Counted from the first letter of the stretch, positions 18,513-28,793 are shown. The stretch is 54,977 bases of DNA from an uncultured Bacilli bacterium (GCA_944372455.1 CALVZF010000003.1:1-54977); one strand, 5' to 3'. The notes: generated by a model from the sequence alone, not told the origin. Numbers and translations: made by a program.

Positions 18513-18538
18513 AGAGGTATCAAATGATATACCTCTTT
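18511..18538. terminator. Bidirectional terminator
   Basis: AAAGAGGTAT / ATACCTCTTT between convergent genes. Confidence 0.7.
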
Positions 18539-18895
18539 TTAATTAAACGTTTTATCTAATTTATCAATTATTCTTTTTGGATTTTCTTTTAATTTTGAAT
18601 ATAGTTCATAATGTTTTCTAAGCTCTAAAATAATTTCAATATCTTCTTTTGAAACTGCTACGTTGTATTCGTCTTCGTCTTCTCTAAATTTCATACTTGC
18701 TTCACTATTAAGTAAGTAGTTTGGTGTAGTATTTAAGATTTGTGCTAAATCTATTAAAGTTTCAATATTAGGAGTCCTATTATTCTTTTCATAACAACAA
18801 ATTGAAACTTTGGTTACATTTACTAAGTCTCCAAGTTGTTGTTGAGTAAGTCCTCTTTCTATTCTAAGCTTTCTCAATCTTTCACCATCAAACAC
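18539..18895 (-). CDS. XRE-family HTH regulator (repressor-like)
   Basis: GERLRKLRIERGLTQQQLGDLVNVTKVSICCYEKNNRTP. GTG start with a GGAGG RBS. Confidence 0.9.
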   Translation of the reverse strand: MFDGERLRKLRIERGLTQQQLGDLVNVTKVSICCYEKNNRTPNIETLIDLAQILNTTPNYLLNSEASMKFREDEDEYNVAVSKEDIEIILELRKHYELYSKLKENPKRIIDKLDKTFN

Positions 18896-19035
18896 TAAAT
18901 CACCTCCTAGTTATCCATTAGTTAATGCAATTATATATTCCTATAAATAACTAATGTTTTAAATTAACTAAAAAGTAACTTTTCTGTTGTAAAACTAAAA
19001 TAAATGCTTTATAATTATAATGGTGGTGGTTAATT

Positions 19036-19251
19036 TTGAGTAAACTTTTTGAATTGAGAAAAGCATGTAACTTTTCTTATCAACAAATGGCCAATAAACT
19101 TAATATAAGTAAAACATTTTATTGGCAAATAGAAAATGAACAAAGAAGACTATCCTACGACATGGCTTATCGGATAGCGCAAATTTTTAATTTAAAGCCA
19201 GATGAAATATTTTTTGAAGAATATAAAAAGAGATTAGAAGCTAAAGATTAA
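19036..19251 (+). CDS. Small Cro-like HTH regulator
   Basis: LRK...SYQQMANKLNISKTFYWQIEN..R...IAQIF...PDEIF, divergent from the XRE gene. Confidence 0.85.
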   Translation: MSKLFELRKACNFSYQQMANKLNISKTFYWQIENEQRRLSYDMAYRIAQIFNLKPDEIFFEEYKKRLEAKD

Positions 19252-19592
19252 CTACTAGTCTCTTCTTTTTTAGATTTAGGAGTTAAAAATGAAAGCTTTT
19301 CAACAACTAATTGAATAGTATTAAATTTAGGTAAATTATCTTGTTCAATTGTTTTGGTTTGTAATCTTCCTTTTACTGCTACTAAATCTCCCTTAGACAA
19401 AAAAGTTACTGCTGTTTCCGCAACTCCAGACCATAAAGTACATTCAATAAAGTCAGTTTCATATTCACCATTATGATTTTTAAAAGATCTATTAACTGCA
19501 ATAATTAAATTAGTAACTTTAATATTATTTCCTGTTTCTCTTAATTCTGGAGTTTTAACTAATCTTCCAATTATTATTACATTATTTATAAT
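19248..19592 (-). CDS. ssb: Single-stranded DNA-binding protein, short SsbB-like form with a probable ATT start
   Basis: Manual translation (M)INNVIIIGRLVKTPELRET...AVNRSFKNHNGEYETDFIECTLWSGVAE...KGDLVAVKGRLQT, 114 aa. AAGGAGG lies 7 nt upstream of ATT. Missing from the ORF track. Confidence 0.9.
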   Translation of the reverse strand: MINNVIIIGRLVKTPELRETGNNIKVTNLIIAVNRSFKNHNGEYETDFIECTLWSGVAETAVTFLSKGDLVAVKGRLQTKTIEQDNLPKFNTIQLVVEKLSFLTPKSKKEETSS

Positions 19593-19738
19593 ATTAATTC
19601 CTCCTTACAAACAAAATATTAAGTTAGAATTTTAAAAAATACAAACAAAAGAAAAATGTTTTCTAGACTCCAATCTAAAAAACATTTTTGTTATTTGATT
19701 AATAATTATAAATAATTTATACTTTTTAAAGTACTAAT

Positions 19739-21100
19739 TTATAAATTTAGAAACTCTTCAAAACTTTTTTTAATACCTTCAACATACTTATCTTGATTAT
19801 TGATAATGTTCATTAAATCATTATCAGAATTCATAAATCCTAATTCAACAAGGTAACTTTCTACACCCATATTTGAATTATAATAAGTGTTAGCACCATA
19901 ATCTTTGTTTCTTCCGTCTACGTAAGCATTAGTAGCTATTCCTCCTGGTTCTCTTATAATAAATAAATACGGAGTATCAGTTGTTATATTATATGGTTCT
20001 AACCCTGCTTCTTCTGCTGAAGCCTTAGAAGATTCAATTTCAGAATAAGAGAAATTTCTTACATACACACCATTTGTAACTTTGTATGTTACATTTGGTG
20101 AATAAGTAGTATTAGCACTTTTTACTATATTATCTGCTAAAAGTGAAGCAAACTCTAATTTGGCATTTGATGGACAATAAATTTCTATTCCGCCATTTTT
20201 CATTTTATATTCTGCGCTATTTAAATGAATAGATATTAAATATTTAGCTTTTACTTCATTTGGAATTACTGCTCTACCACCTTTACCATACATATCATAA
20301 ATTCCTAAATCTTCTTCATTTGAACCATCTCTAGTTAATTTTACTTTAAGACCTAGACTTTCCAATGATTTTTTCAATTTTTTTCCTACATCTAAAGTAA
20401 TATCTTTTTCTATATAATCCGTTCCATTTATTTTAGTTACAGCTCCTCCATCTTTACCACCATGACCTGGATCAATTACTACATCATATATATTATTAGG
20501 AAGTTTTTCTTCTTTTACAACTATATTCATATAATTTTTATTTAAATCATTTTCTTTATATTTATCAAATGAAATATCTATTTTATTATTTTTATCATTT
20601 TTAGTAATTGTATAGTATTCAACATCTTTATATTCAGTTCCGTTTTTAATACTATAATATTCTATCTTATCTTTAGCGTCTTTATCTTCACTTAAATTTT
20701 TTTGTTTAATTTTTATCAAAATATAATAATTTCCTTTTTTTAAAGTTTCTAAATTAATTCCTTCATTAATATTATCTGAAGTTTTAAAATGAAATTTGTC
20801 ATCATTACCTAATTCATATTCAATTTCAAATTCTTGATCTTTACCTTTTAAATCTCTAAATACTAGTTTAGCTTCTAAAATATTATCTTCATATAACTTT
20901 TTGTCTAAACTACCGTTAATATTTAAATGAGTACCATAAACTATATACTTGGTTAATTCTACTTCTTCTTTATTAAGTGAAGTAAAGAGTAGTCTTTGTT
21001 GTTTTTCTTCTTCTGTTTCGCTAAAAAATTTACTATAAATTAAAAATCCCCCAAGTGCGATAAATAATATAATAATTATTAGTCCTAAAACTTTTTTCAT
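19739..21100 (-). CDS. Membrane-anchored N-acetylmuramoyl-L-alanine amidase (Amidase_3)
   Basis: N-terminal TM, VVIDPGHGGKDGGA, EKDITL, ISIHLNS and LVELGFM. Confidence 0.9.
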   Translation of the reverse strand: MKKVLGLIIIILFIALGGFLIYSKFFSETEEEKQQRLLFTSLNKEEVELTKYIVYGTHLNINGSLDKKLYEDNILEAKLVFRDLKGKDQEFEIEYELGNDDKFHFKTSDNINEGINLETLKKGNYYILIKIKQKNLSEDKDAKDKIEYYSIKNGTEYKDVEYYTITKNDKNNKIDISFDKYKENDLNKNYMNIVVKEEKLPNNIYDVVIDPGHGGKDGGAVTKINGTDYIEKDITLDVGKKLKKSLESLGLKVKLTRDGSNEEDLGIYDMYGKGGRAVIPNEVKAKYLISIHLNSAEYKMKNGGIEIYCPSNAKLEFASLLADNIVKSANTTYSPNVTYKVTNGVYVRNFSYSEIESSKASAEEAGLEPYNITTDTPYLFIIREPGGIATNAYVDGRNKDYGANTYYNSNMGVESYLVELGFMNSDNDLMNIINNQDKYVEGIKKSFEEFLNL

Positions 21101-22437
21101 TATTTTCCTCCAATCATTTTAATGTTTTCTTTTAACAATCTATTTAATTCTATGGCATATTCTAATGGTAATTCATTTCTAAAATCTCCAATAAAGCCCA
21201 TAAGTAAAAGTTCAGTTGCTGCTTCTTCAGTTAAGCCTCTACTCATTAAGTAAAGTAATTTATCTTCATCTATTTTTGAAACGCTAGCTTCGTGTTCAAT
21301 TATGCTGCTATTATTCATATTAGTATTCCTAGGAATAGTATCACTTTTTGATAACTTGTCCATAATTAATGAATCACATTTTACATTACTTTTAGAGTTA
21401 ATGGAATTTTTTCTTATTTCAACTGTACCTCTATAATTAGCTTCTCCACCATTGTTAGAGATAGACTTAGAAATAATTTCACTTTTAGAATTTTTACCAA
21501 TATGTATCATACGTGCACCAGTATCTTGTATTTGATTTTCTTTAGCTAATCCTATTGTAACACATCTTCCAATAGAATTATCACCTTTTAAAATACAGCC
21601 CGGGTATTTCATGGTAACTTTACTACCTACATTACCATCTATCCACTCCATCATTCCGCCATCATCTACTATAGCCCTTTTAGTGACTAAATTATATACG
21701 TCATCACTCCAGTTTTGAATTGTAGTATATCTACATTTAGCGTTCTTTCCAACATATATTTCTACAACAGCAGCATGAAGGGCATCACTACTATAAACTG
21801 GAGCAGTACATCCTTCTATATAATGAAGTTCACTATTATCATCTACTACAATTATAGTCCTTTCAAATTGTCCCATATTCTCTGAATTTATCCTAAAATA
21901 GCTTTGCAAAGGTCTATCAAGCTTTGTATTTTTAGGTATATATATAAATGTTCCCCCACTAAATACTGCACCATTTAAAGCAGTAAATTTATTTTCTTTG
22001 TAGTTTACCAGTTTATTAAAATATTTTTTAAAAAGTTCCGGATATTTTTTAATGGCACTATCAGTATCTAAAAAAATTACTTCTTTTTCTTTAATATAAT
22101 CTAACATATTATGGTATATTACTTCACTTTCATACTGAGCAGATATACCTCCTAAATATTCTTTTTCAGCTTTTATTACTCCGATATTATCAAAAGTTTT
22201 CTCAATATTTTCATTTACTTCATTCCAATTATCATAAATATTATTACTAGCTCTTTTATAATAGTTAATTTTATCAAAATCTAAATTTAGATTTGGACCA
22301 AAATCTGGCATATCAATTTCATAGAAAGCTTCAAGAGATTTTAATCTAAAATCTCTTATCCAATCTGGTTCATTTTTAATTTTAGATATATATTTAATTA
22401 AATCAGTATTTAATTTTTTATATTTCATTTTGTTCAT
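21100..22437 (-). CDS. sufB: Fe-S cluster assembly protein SufB
   Basis: AQYESEV, LQSYFRIN..MGQFERT, YIEGCTAP and TIQNWS. Confidence 0.96.
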   Translation of the reverse strand: MNKMKYKKLNTDLIKYISKIKNEPDWIRDFRLKSLEAFYEIDMPDFGPNLNLDFDKINYYKRASNNIYDNWNEVNENIEKTFDNIGVIKAEKEYLGGISAQYESEVIYHNMLDYIKEKEVIFLDTDSAIKKYPELFKKYFNKLVNYKENKFTALNGAVFSGGTFIYIPKNTKLDRPLQSYFRINSENMGQFERTIIVVDDNSELHYIEGCTAPVYSSDALHAAVVEIYVGKNAKCRYTTIQNWSDDVYNLVTKRAIVDDGGMMEWIDGNVGSKVTMKYPGCILKGDNSIGRCVTIGLAKENQIQDTGARMIHIGKNSKSEIISKSISNNGGEANYRGTVEIRKNSINSKSNVKCDSLIMDKLSKSDTIPRNTNMNNSSIIEHEASVSKIDEDKLLYLMSRGLTEEAATELLLMGFIGDFRNELPLEYAIELNRLLKENIKMIGGK

Positions 22438-22528
22438 TTCATCACCATCTAACTAGATTATACTAAAAAAGGAGCATAAAAAAAAGTCTAATTATAGAGA
22501 AAAAACAATCATTTTAATTTTGATTGTT

Positions 22529-22957
22529 TTAACTCATATAAGCATATTGTTCTTCCATCTTAACTTTTCTTTTAGTTTTTTCGCGTTTACATTTATTATT
22601 ACATTGGTTTACTTTTTTATTTTCTATAGATTCTAAATAATCTTCTTTATATTTTTGCATTGTATCTAAAATTCCTTGTAAATCTTTACCAGTTACTTTT
22701 TCTTTTGAGTCTATCCAAGGTCTATTTACTACATCAAAGGCAAGTTTGTTTTCTTCAATAACATCAGTATTTAATTCATAAATTTTATCTCCAAAAAAAT
22801 CATATACAAATACAATGTTTAAACCTTTTTGAGGAAGTAAATATCCAATCGTTGTTCCTTTATGTTTAGGTTTTAATCCTTCTCTTGTTTTAACTATATT
22901 ACCAACTACAAAATTAGAAAGCGCAAAACTTTTTGTGTCAAAATTTTTTTCTATCAT
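22529..22957 (-). CDS. Hypothetical protein (paralogue of the neighbouring gene)
   Basis: 142-aa ORF with a GAGGAG RBS and GNIV...GYLLP...VYDF motif. Confidence 0.75.
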   Translation of the reverse strand: MIEKNFDTKSFALSNFVVGNIVKTREGLKPKHKGTTIGYLLPQKGLNIVFVYDFFGDKIYELNTDVIEENKLAFDVVNRPWIDSKEKVTGKDLQGILDTMQKYKEDYLESIENKKVNQCNNKCKREKTKRKVKMEEQYAYMS

Positions 22958-23010
22958 AAACTCTCCTCTTTCTATAACATAATAATATGATTTATACTGA
23001 TATTTGTCAA

Positions 23011-23463
23011 CTAATAGTAAGTATTTTTTTTAATATATTCACTATGATTATATTCTGGATTTTCATCGCATATCCAAGCTTTTTTACTTTTTTCAAGGGC
23101 ATTTAAAAATTTACATTTATGTTCTTTAATTAATGAATTTATTACTACTTCTTGAGTATTATAATCTAACTCTAACCTTGAATTTTTAAAGTTAGAACAT
23201 ATAACGTAAAAATAGTCACCCTTTTTTTTATCAATGTTATTTCTAAAAACTTGATCGTATACATTTTTGGAAATAAAATCAAAAACTTGATTATCTGGTA
23301 AAAGATATCCAAAAGTAAAATCTTTTACTACTGAATTTAGTTTATTAGAATCTAAATAAACAATATTACCATAAACTATTTTTCTTTCTTTAAAAATTAT
23401 TTCTTTATTAGTTATTCCTTGTTCTAAAATTGATAAATATTCTAAGATTTCTTTCAATTCCAT
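23011..23463 (-). CDS. Hypothetical protein (paralogue of the neighbouring gene)
   Basis: 150-aa ORF with GNIV...GYLLP...VFDF motif. Confidence 0.75.
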   Translation of the reverse strand: MELKEILEYLSILEQGITNKEIIFKERKIVYGNIVYLDSNKLNSVVKDFTFGYLLPDNQVFDFISKNVYDQVFRNNIDKKKGDYFYVICSNFKNSRLELDYNTQEVVINSLIKEHKCKFLNALEKSKKAWICDENPEYNHSEYIKKNTYY

Positions 23464-23482
23464 AAATTCATTCCTTAACTAT

Positions 23483-23905
23483 TTAAATATATTTTTCCAA
23501 AATCTCTTTTATTCCATTCCAAGGTAATAAAGCACATTTTTTTCTGTTTGGTTGTTTATAAATTTCATCATATATTATAGCTTCACCAAGTATATCTTTA
23601 TCATAAGCTTTTTCATCTATCATATTTTCATAGTTACTAATTATAGTTAAAGCTTCTTTTACTGTTTTACCAATTAAGGTTTTAATCATAACAGAAGCAG
23701 TTGAAGTAGAAATTGCACAAGCTTCTCCATCAAATCTTATATCTTTTATAATATCATCTTCTATTTTTATCATAAAATCTAATTCATCAATACAACTTTC
23801 ATTATTAGTGTTAATTTTGATATAGCTTTCATCATCTATTAATCCTTTATTTTGAGGATTTTGAAAATTATCTATTAATAAACTTCTTTTTAAATTGGCA
23901 TCCAT
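23483..23905 (-). CDS. sufU: SUF system NifU-family protein SufU
   Basis: N.SC.D, FDGEACAIS..ASVM and R.KCALLPW. Confidence 0.94.
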   Translation of the reverse strand: MDANLKRSLLIDNFQNPQNKGLIDDESYIKINTNNESCIDELDFMIKIEDDIIKDIRFDGEACAISTSTASVMIKTLIGKTVKEALTIISNYENMIDEKAYDKDILGEAIIYDEIYKQPNRKKCALLPWNGIKEILEKYI

Positions 23906-23906
23906 A

Positions 23907-25124
23907 TTAAAGTAATATTTGATTATAAAGCATATCAGTATTTTTTAAAACACTAACTAATTTATCAATTTCTTCTTTGGTATTATAAAAATATAAGCTG
24001 ATTCTACAAGTATTTTTAATATCTAATTCTTCTTTTAAAATTTTAGCGCAATGGCTTCCTGCTCTTACACATATATTATAGTCATTTAAATAAATTGCGG
24101 TATCTTGACTGAATACATCTTTAACATTAAATGCTAAAATTCCACTCTCACTGTTTTCATTATAAATTATTATTTTGTCATTTTCTTTTAATCTTTTTAC
24201 CAAATATTCTTTTAATTTTACTTCATATTCATGTACTTTATCCATATCTAGTAAACTTAAATAATCTATTGCCGCACCTAAACCAATTACTCCTTCTATA
24301 TTAGGAGTACCTGCTTCTAGTCTTTGTGGTAAACTTTTTAATTCTATATTTCCTTCTGGTGAAAAAGAAGCATTCATACCTCCACCAAGATTATAAGGTT
24401 TAAGTTTATCTAAAAGTTCATATTTACCATATAAAACTCCTACTCCAGTTGGACCACACATTTTGTGTCCTGAAAAAACTAGAAAGTCGCAATCTAAATC
24501 CTGTACATCTACTTTTATATGTGGGACTGATTGAGCTGCATCTACTACTACTAATATATTATTTTCATGAGCATAACTAGCTATTTCTTTAATTGGTCTT
24601 ATATCTCCTACTACATTAGTAATATGCGCAAGAGAAATAACTTTAGTTTTAGAATTTACTTTCTTTTTAACATTATCTAAAGTTACCTTTAAGTCTTTGT
24701 CTAAATCTATATAAACTATCTTACAACCTATTTCTTCACATAATCTAAACCAAGGAAGTAAATTTGAAGCATGTTCACTTTTAGTAAGTAAAATTTCGTC
24801 ATCTTTATTTAAATAGTTTTTGAAAAAACCTTGTATAAGCATATTTAATCCTTCAGTAGTACCACTTGTAAAAATAATTTCTTCTGGTTTAGAAGCATTA
24901 ATAAAATCTTTTACTTTTTTTCTAGTCCCTTCATATTTCATATCAGTTTTTAAACTAATATTATAATCCCCTCTATGGGCATTAGAGGTATAATTTTCAT
25001 AGTAATCTTTAATGCTGTCAATAACTAATTTAGGTTTAAATGTTGTTGCACCATTATCAAAATAAATCAAATCTTTATTATTGACCAACATTGGAAATTC
25101 TTCTCTAATATCCATCTTTCTCAC
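23907..25124 (-). CDS. sufS: Cysteine desulfurase SufS
   Basis: YFDNGATT.KP, DAAQS.PH, FSGHKMCGPTG and VRAGSHCA. Confidence 0.96.
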   Translation of the reverse strand: MRKMDIREEFPMLVNNKDLIYFDNGATTFKPKLVIDSIKDYYENYTSNAHRGDYNISLKTDMKYEGTRKKVKDFINASKPEEIIFTSGTTEGLNMLIQGFFKNYLNKDDEILLTKSEHASNLLPWFRLCEEIGCKIVYIDLDKDLKVTLDNVKKKVNSKTKVISLAHITNVVGDIRPIKEIASYAHENNILVVVDAAQSVPHIKVDVQDLDCDFLVFSGHKMCGPTGVGVLYGKYELLDKLKPYNLGGGMNASFSPEGNIELKSLPQRLEAGTPNIEGVIGLGAAIDYLSLLDMDKVHEYEVKLKEYLVKRLKENDKIIIYNENSESGILAFNVKDVFSQDTAIYLNDYNICVRAGSHCAKILKEELDIKNTCRISLYFYNTKEEIDKLVSVLKNTDMLYNQILL

Positions 25125-25882
25125 CTCCTAAAAATATATTTTTCAAACAATAAATGTTTTTCTTCTTTAGTTAATTTTAAATTATTAACTAAAAAACCAG
25201 TTGTAAGTAAATTAATTGATTCTTCTTTTGAAATTCCTCTACTCATTAAATAAAATAATTCTTTATCATTAATAGGACTTATTACTGAAGAATGTGATGC
25301 AGTTACATCTTGTTCATCAATTAACAATATTGGTTTAATTGTAGAAATATTATCTTTCAAATTTATTATTCTACTTTTTTGATTTAAATTACACCCAATA
25401 ACTTTTTTTGGAACCTTTTCAGTAATTTCAAATATTATATGTTCATTATTAGAAATTCCATTTGAACTTACTAAACTATCAGTTTTACTAGAATTATGAT
25501 ATACATTTAACTTTTGTTTAGTATTGCCTTTACAAGAATAATAATATTCTATTTTTGAACTTAGTCCATTCATATTTATTTCCTTAGTATCATTAATATT
25601 ATCATTAATACTAAAATGGTTAAACAAAAGATTACTATTATTTTTAAGAACTATAAAACTATTTAAATTATTGTTTTCTAATTTGCTCATTAAAAATATT
25701 TTTGCTTCTACATTATCATTTAAATTTATTTCTAAGTTTATATCTTCCTTACTTAAAAGATTTATGCAAAGACTTGTATTATTAATAATATTAATTATAA
25801 TATTTTTTTTAGCTTGCTTTAGGAAAATAGTACTGTCAAGTTGTTTTTCTAAAATGCTATTTTCTATATTTATTATATTCAT
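25121..25882 (-). CDS. sufD: Fe-S cluster assembly protein SufD (short, divergent)
   Basis: P.LLIDE.DV.ASH and LFYLMSRGI, plus operon position. Confidence 0.88.
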   Translation of the reverse strand: MNIINIENSILEKQLDSTIFLKQAKKNIIINIINNTSLCINLLSKEDINLEINLNDNVEAKIFLMSKLENNNLNSFIVLKNNSNLLFNHFSINDNINDTKEINMNGLSSKIEYYYSCKGNTKQKLNVYHNSSKTDSLVSSNGISNNEHIIFEITEKVPKKVIGCNLNQKSRIINLKDNISTIKPILLIDEQDVTASHSSVISPINDKELFYLMSRGISKEESINLLTTGFLVNNLKLTKEEKHLLFEKYIFRR

Positions 25883-25911
25883 AATATCATATTCCCTTTA
25901 TATCATTTATA

Positions 25912-26640
25912 CTAGTAATTTTCAAAACCATTTTTTTCTACCGCAAGCGCTAATGAATAATCTCCAGTTTTTACTATATGTCCTTCTTTTACAATGTGTA
26001 CAAAATCTGGTTTAATGTATTCTAATATTCTAGGATAATGAGTTATTATTATAACACTAGTATCTTTAGTTTCTTTTAGATATTCTAAAGTGTTTTGTGC
26101 TACTATTTTTAAGCTATCTACATCAAGACCTGAATCTATCTCATCTAGTATTACTAGTTTAGGTTTTAGTAATCTCATTTGTAGTATTTCATTTTTCTTT
26201 TTTTCACCGCCAGAAAATCCAGAATTAATACTTCTATAAAGCATATTCTCCTTTAATTGTAAATTTTTACTAAGAGTTTCCATTTCATTCGCAAAGGTAT
26301 ACAAGTTAATTGGTTTATTGCTTTTAGCTCTTAAAGCTGCTTTTAAAAAATCTACATTATTTACTCCTTCAATTTCACTTGGATGTTGATAAGCTACAAA
26401 AATTCCTTTTCTAGCTCTTTCATCAACACTTAACTTTTGTAAATCTTCATCTAAAAATATTATTTCACCACTAGTTACTTTATAGTGGTTATCACCCATT
26501 AAAACTCTTGATAAAGTAGATTTACCTACCCCATTTGGTCCCATAATTACATGGATTTCTCCTTTATTAATATTAAGGTTGAAATTTTTTAGAATCTCTT
26601 TATCCTCCACACTAACATTAATATTTTTAATGTTTAACAT
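25912..26640 (-). CDS. sufC: Fe-S cluster assembly ATPase SufC
   Basis: MGPNGVGKST, FSGGEKKKNEILQ and LDEIDSGLDVD. Likely start MLNIKN at 26640. Confidence 0.96.
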   Translation of the reverse strand: MLNIKNINVSVEDKEILKNFNLNINKGEIHVIMGPNGVGKSTLSRVLMGDNHYKVTSGEIIFLDEDLQKLSVDERARKGIFVAYQHPSEIEGVNNVDFLKAALRAKSNKPINLYTFANEMETLSKNLQLKENMLYRSINSGFSGGEKKKNEILQMRLLKPKLVILDEIDSGLDVDSLKIVAQNTLEYLKETKDTSVIIITHYPRILEYIKPDFVHIVKEGHIVKTGDYSLALAVEKNGFENY

Positions 26641-26730
26641 AATTTCACCTCTATATAAAATTTTAACACGTTTTATAGAATTTAACAATTATTATAATAA
26701 TTATAGTATAATTTAATTAGGAGTGGTATT

Positions 26731-27534
26731 ATGTCTAAAATTTTTGCTCATAGAGGTTTTGCTTATATGTATGCAGAAAATAGTTTAGAATCAATTAAGG
26801 AAGCTTTATCTATTGATTATATAGATGGTGTAGAAATAGATATAAGAATGACTAAAGATAGACAATTTGTATTAATTCACGACCCAATTTTAAACAATGT
26901 ATCAAATGGAGATGGATTAGTTAATTATTATACTTTAAAAGAATTAAAAAAATTAAAGTTTCATACTAACATAATTGAATATAAAATGTTATATTTAAAA
27001 TCCTTAATTAATAAAGATGGATTTAAAATTAGAAAAAGATTAAGAAAAATTAAAAAACATAAATTTCAAATTACCACTTTAGATAAAGTATTAGAAATAT
27101 TAAATGATAAGATATTATTAATAGAAATTAAGTCTGATATAAATAACGATTTTGATTATGAAAAATTTATTGATTTAATTAATAAATATAAGGGTAAAAA
27201 AATAATGATACAAAGTTTTAATATGAATGTTATTAAACAACTAAAAAAACTAGATAAAAAGCTTAATCTTGGTATACTAATTGCAGATATAAATAAAGAT
27301 ACTAAATTAAGCTTTAAAACTAATTTCATTTCTATAAAAAATGAAGAATTAGATAATTCTATTTTAGTAAATGCATTATATCAAAATAAAATTATAAATG
27401 TTTGGACTGTTGATTATTATAATAAATTAAAAAAGTTAATTAAAAAAATTGATGGAAAAATTAATGATGTTAACATAATTACTAATAATCCAGATTTAAT
27501 ATATAAATATTTTAGAATTTTGAATAAAAAATAA
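26731..27534 (+). CDS. Glycerophosphodiester phosphodiesterase family protein
   Basis: AHRG, ENS, EIDIRMTKD...HD, IEIK, QSF and VWTV. Confidence 0.9.
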   Translation: MSKIFAHRGFAYMYAENSLESIKEALSIDYIDGVEIDIRMTKDRQFVLIHDPILNNVSNGDGLVNYYTLKELKKLKFHTNIIEYKMLYLKSLINKDGFKIRKRLRKIKKHKFQITTLDKVLEILNDKILLIEIKSDINNDFDYEKFIDLINKYKGKKIMIQSFNMNVIKQLKKLDKKLNLGILIADINKDTKLSFKTNFISIKNEELDNSILVNALYQNKIINVWTVDYYNKLKKLIKKIDGKINDVNIITNNPDLIYKYFRILNKK

Positions 27535-27634
27535 ATTAATAGGACATATTAATAATGATATTTGGATAGTATTCACACAAAAACGCTTGAATGCGTTTTA
27601 TTTTTTTTATAAAATAGTTTTAGGAGATGATAAT

Positions 27635-28024
27635 ATGGATTGTGTTTTTTGTAAAATTATAAAAGGAGAAATTCCTAGTTATACTGTATATGAAGATGAA
27701 ATTGTGAAAGCTTTTTTAGATATTAATCCTAATACTAATGGGCATATATTAATAGTACCTAAAAACCATTATGAAAATATCTTAGATATAGATTTAGATA
27801 CTATGAGTCATATTTTTGAAATTCAAAAAGAATTATATAATTTGGTTAAAGAAAAATTAGGTGCGAAAGGAATTACTTTTGCTCAAAATAATGAATTAGG
27901 ACAAGACATTAAACATTATCATTTACATTTGATTCCAAGATATAGTAATGATGGTTGGGTTAATCATTATAGAGAAGATAATAAATTAGAAGTACAAGAA
28001 GTATTTAAAAAGTTGAAGAATTAA
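27635..28024 (+). CDS. hit: HIT-family protein
   Basis: DCVFCKII, AFLDINP..GH and HYHLHLIPR. Start after AGGAG. Confidence 0.92.
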   Translation: MDCVFCKIIKGEIPSYTVYEDEIVKAFLDINPNTNGHILIVPKNHYENILDIDLDTMSHIFEIQKELYNLVKEKLGAKGITFAQNNELGQDIKHYHLHLIPRYSNDGWVNHYREDNKLEVQEVFKKLKN

Positions 28025-28036
28025 TTCTTCAACTTT

Positions 28037-28552
28037 TTAATTTATTATTCCGCCTAATATACCGTAAGAAACTACCATCATAATTATTCCCGCTAGTAAG
28101 ACTCCTAAACATGCAGCAAGAAGTGATTTCTTTTTATTCATATCAAGAATTGCTGCTATTAAACATCCAGTCCAAGCTCCAGTTCCTGGTAATGGAACTC
28201 CTACAAATAATAACAATCCCCAAAATTCTGCCTTTTCTATTTTATCTTTCTTTTTTAAAGCTCTTCTTTCTAATTTTTCAATCCATTTATCAAAGGCTCT
28301 AAATTGCTTAAGTTTTTTAAATAGTGGAGTTATAAACCATAAAATAAAAGGAATTGGCAACATATTAGCAATTAAAGCAACTATAAAACTAGTAACTGGG
28401 TTTGCATGTAACAAAGCCGCAGCAATAAGGCCTCCTCTTAATTCTAAAATAGGCATGATTGAAATAATTGCAATTAATATTTCTTTTCCAAATGGTATAT
28501 CTATTAATCCACCAAAACTGTCTATAAAAACATTTACTAAATTTTCTGTCAT
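28037..28552 (-). CDS. COG2426 / small multidrug-export family membrane protein
   Basis: P.LELRGG and FVGVPLPGTGAWTG. Confidence 0.88.
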   Translation of the reverse strand: MTENLVNVFIDSFGGLIDIPFGKEILIAIISIMPILELRGGLIAAALLHANPVTSFIVALIANMLPIPFILWFITPLFKKLKQFRAFDKWIEKLERRALKKKDKIEKAEFWGLLLFVGVPLPGTGAWTGCLIAAILDMNKKKSLLAACLGVLLAGIIMMVVSYGILGGIIN

Positions 28553-28658
28553 ATTTATCTTCCTTTTACTGCATTATAATTATATTAATTAAATATATGA
28601 AAGTCAAATAAATATTTTAAAAAAACGAGGATTTTACTCCTCATTATTTTAAACTTTA

Positions 28659-28775
28659 TTAGCAAAAGAATGCTGAACCAAGGATGATTGCTAAAAGTAC
28701 ATATAATACAATAATAATTACAAAACTATTATTTCCACCACATGTTCCTCCACATGAATTTTGTACACAAGACAT
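28659..28775 (-). CDS. YjcZ/SscA-family small sporulation protein (38 aa)
   Basis: MSCVQNSCGGTCGGNNSFVIIIVLYVLLAIILGSAFFC* with a GGGAGG RBS. Below the ORF-track cutoff. Confidence 0.8.
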   Translation of the reverse strand: MSCVQNSCGGTCGGNNSFVIIIVLYVLLAIILGSAFFC

Positions 28776-28793
28776 TTTCTGCACCTCCCTTTA

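Noticed and set aside
18539-19592. Prophage call for the XRE, Cro and ssb genes
   Set aside because: No integrase, att sites or other phage genes, and ssb converges on cro rather than following it.
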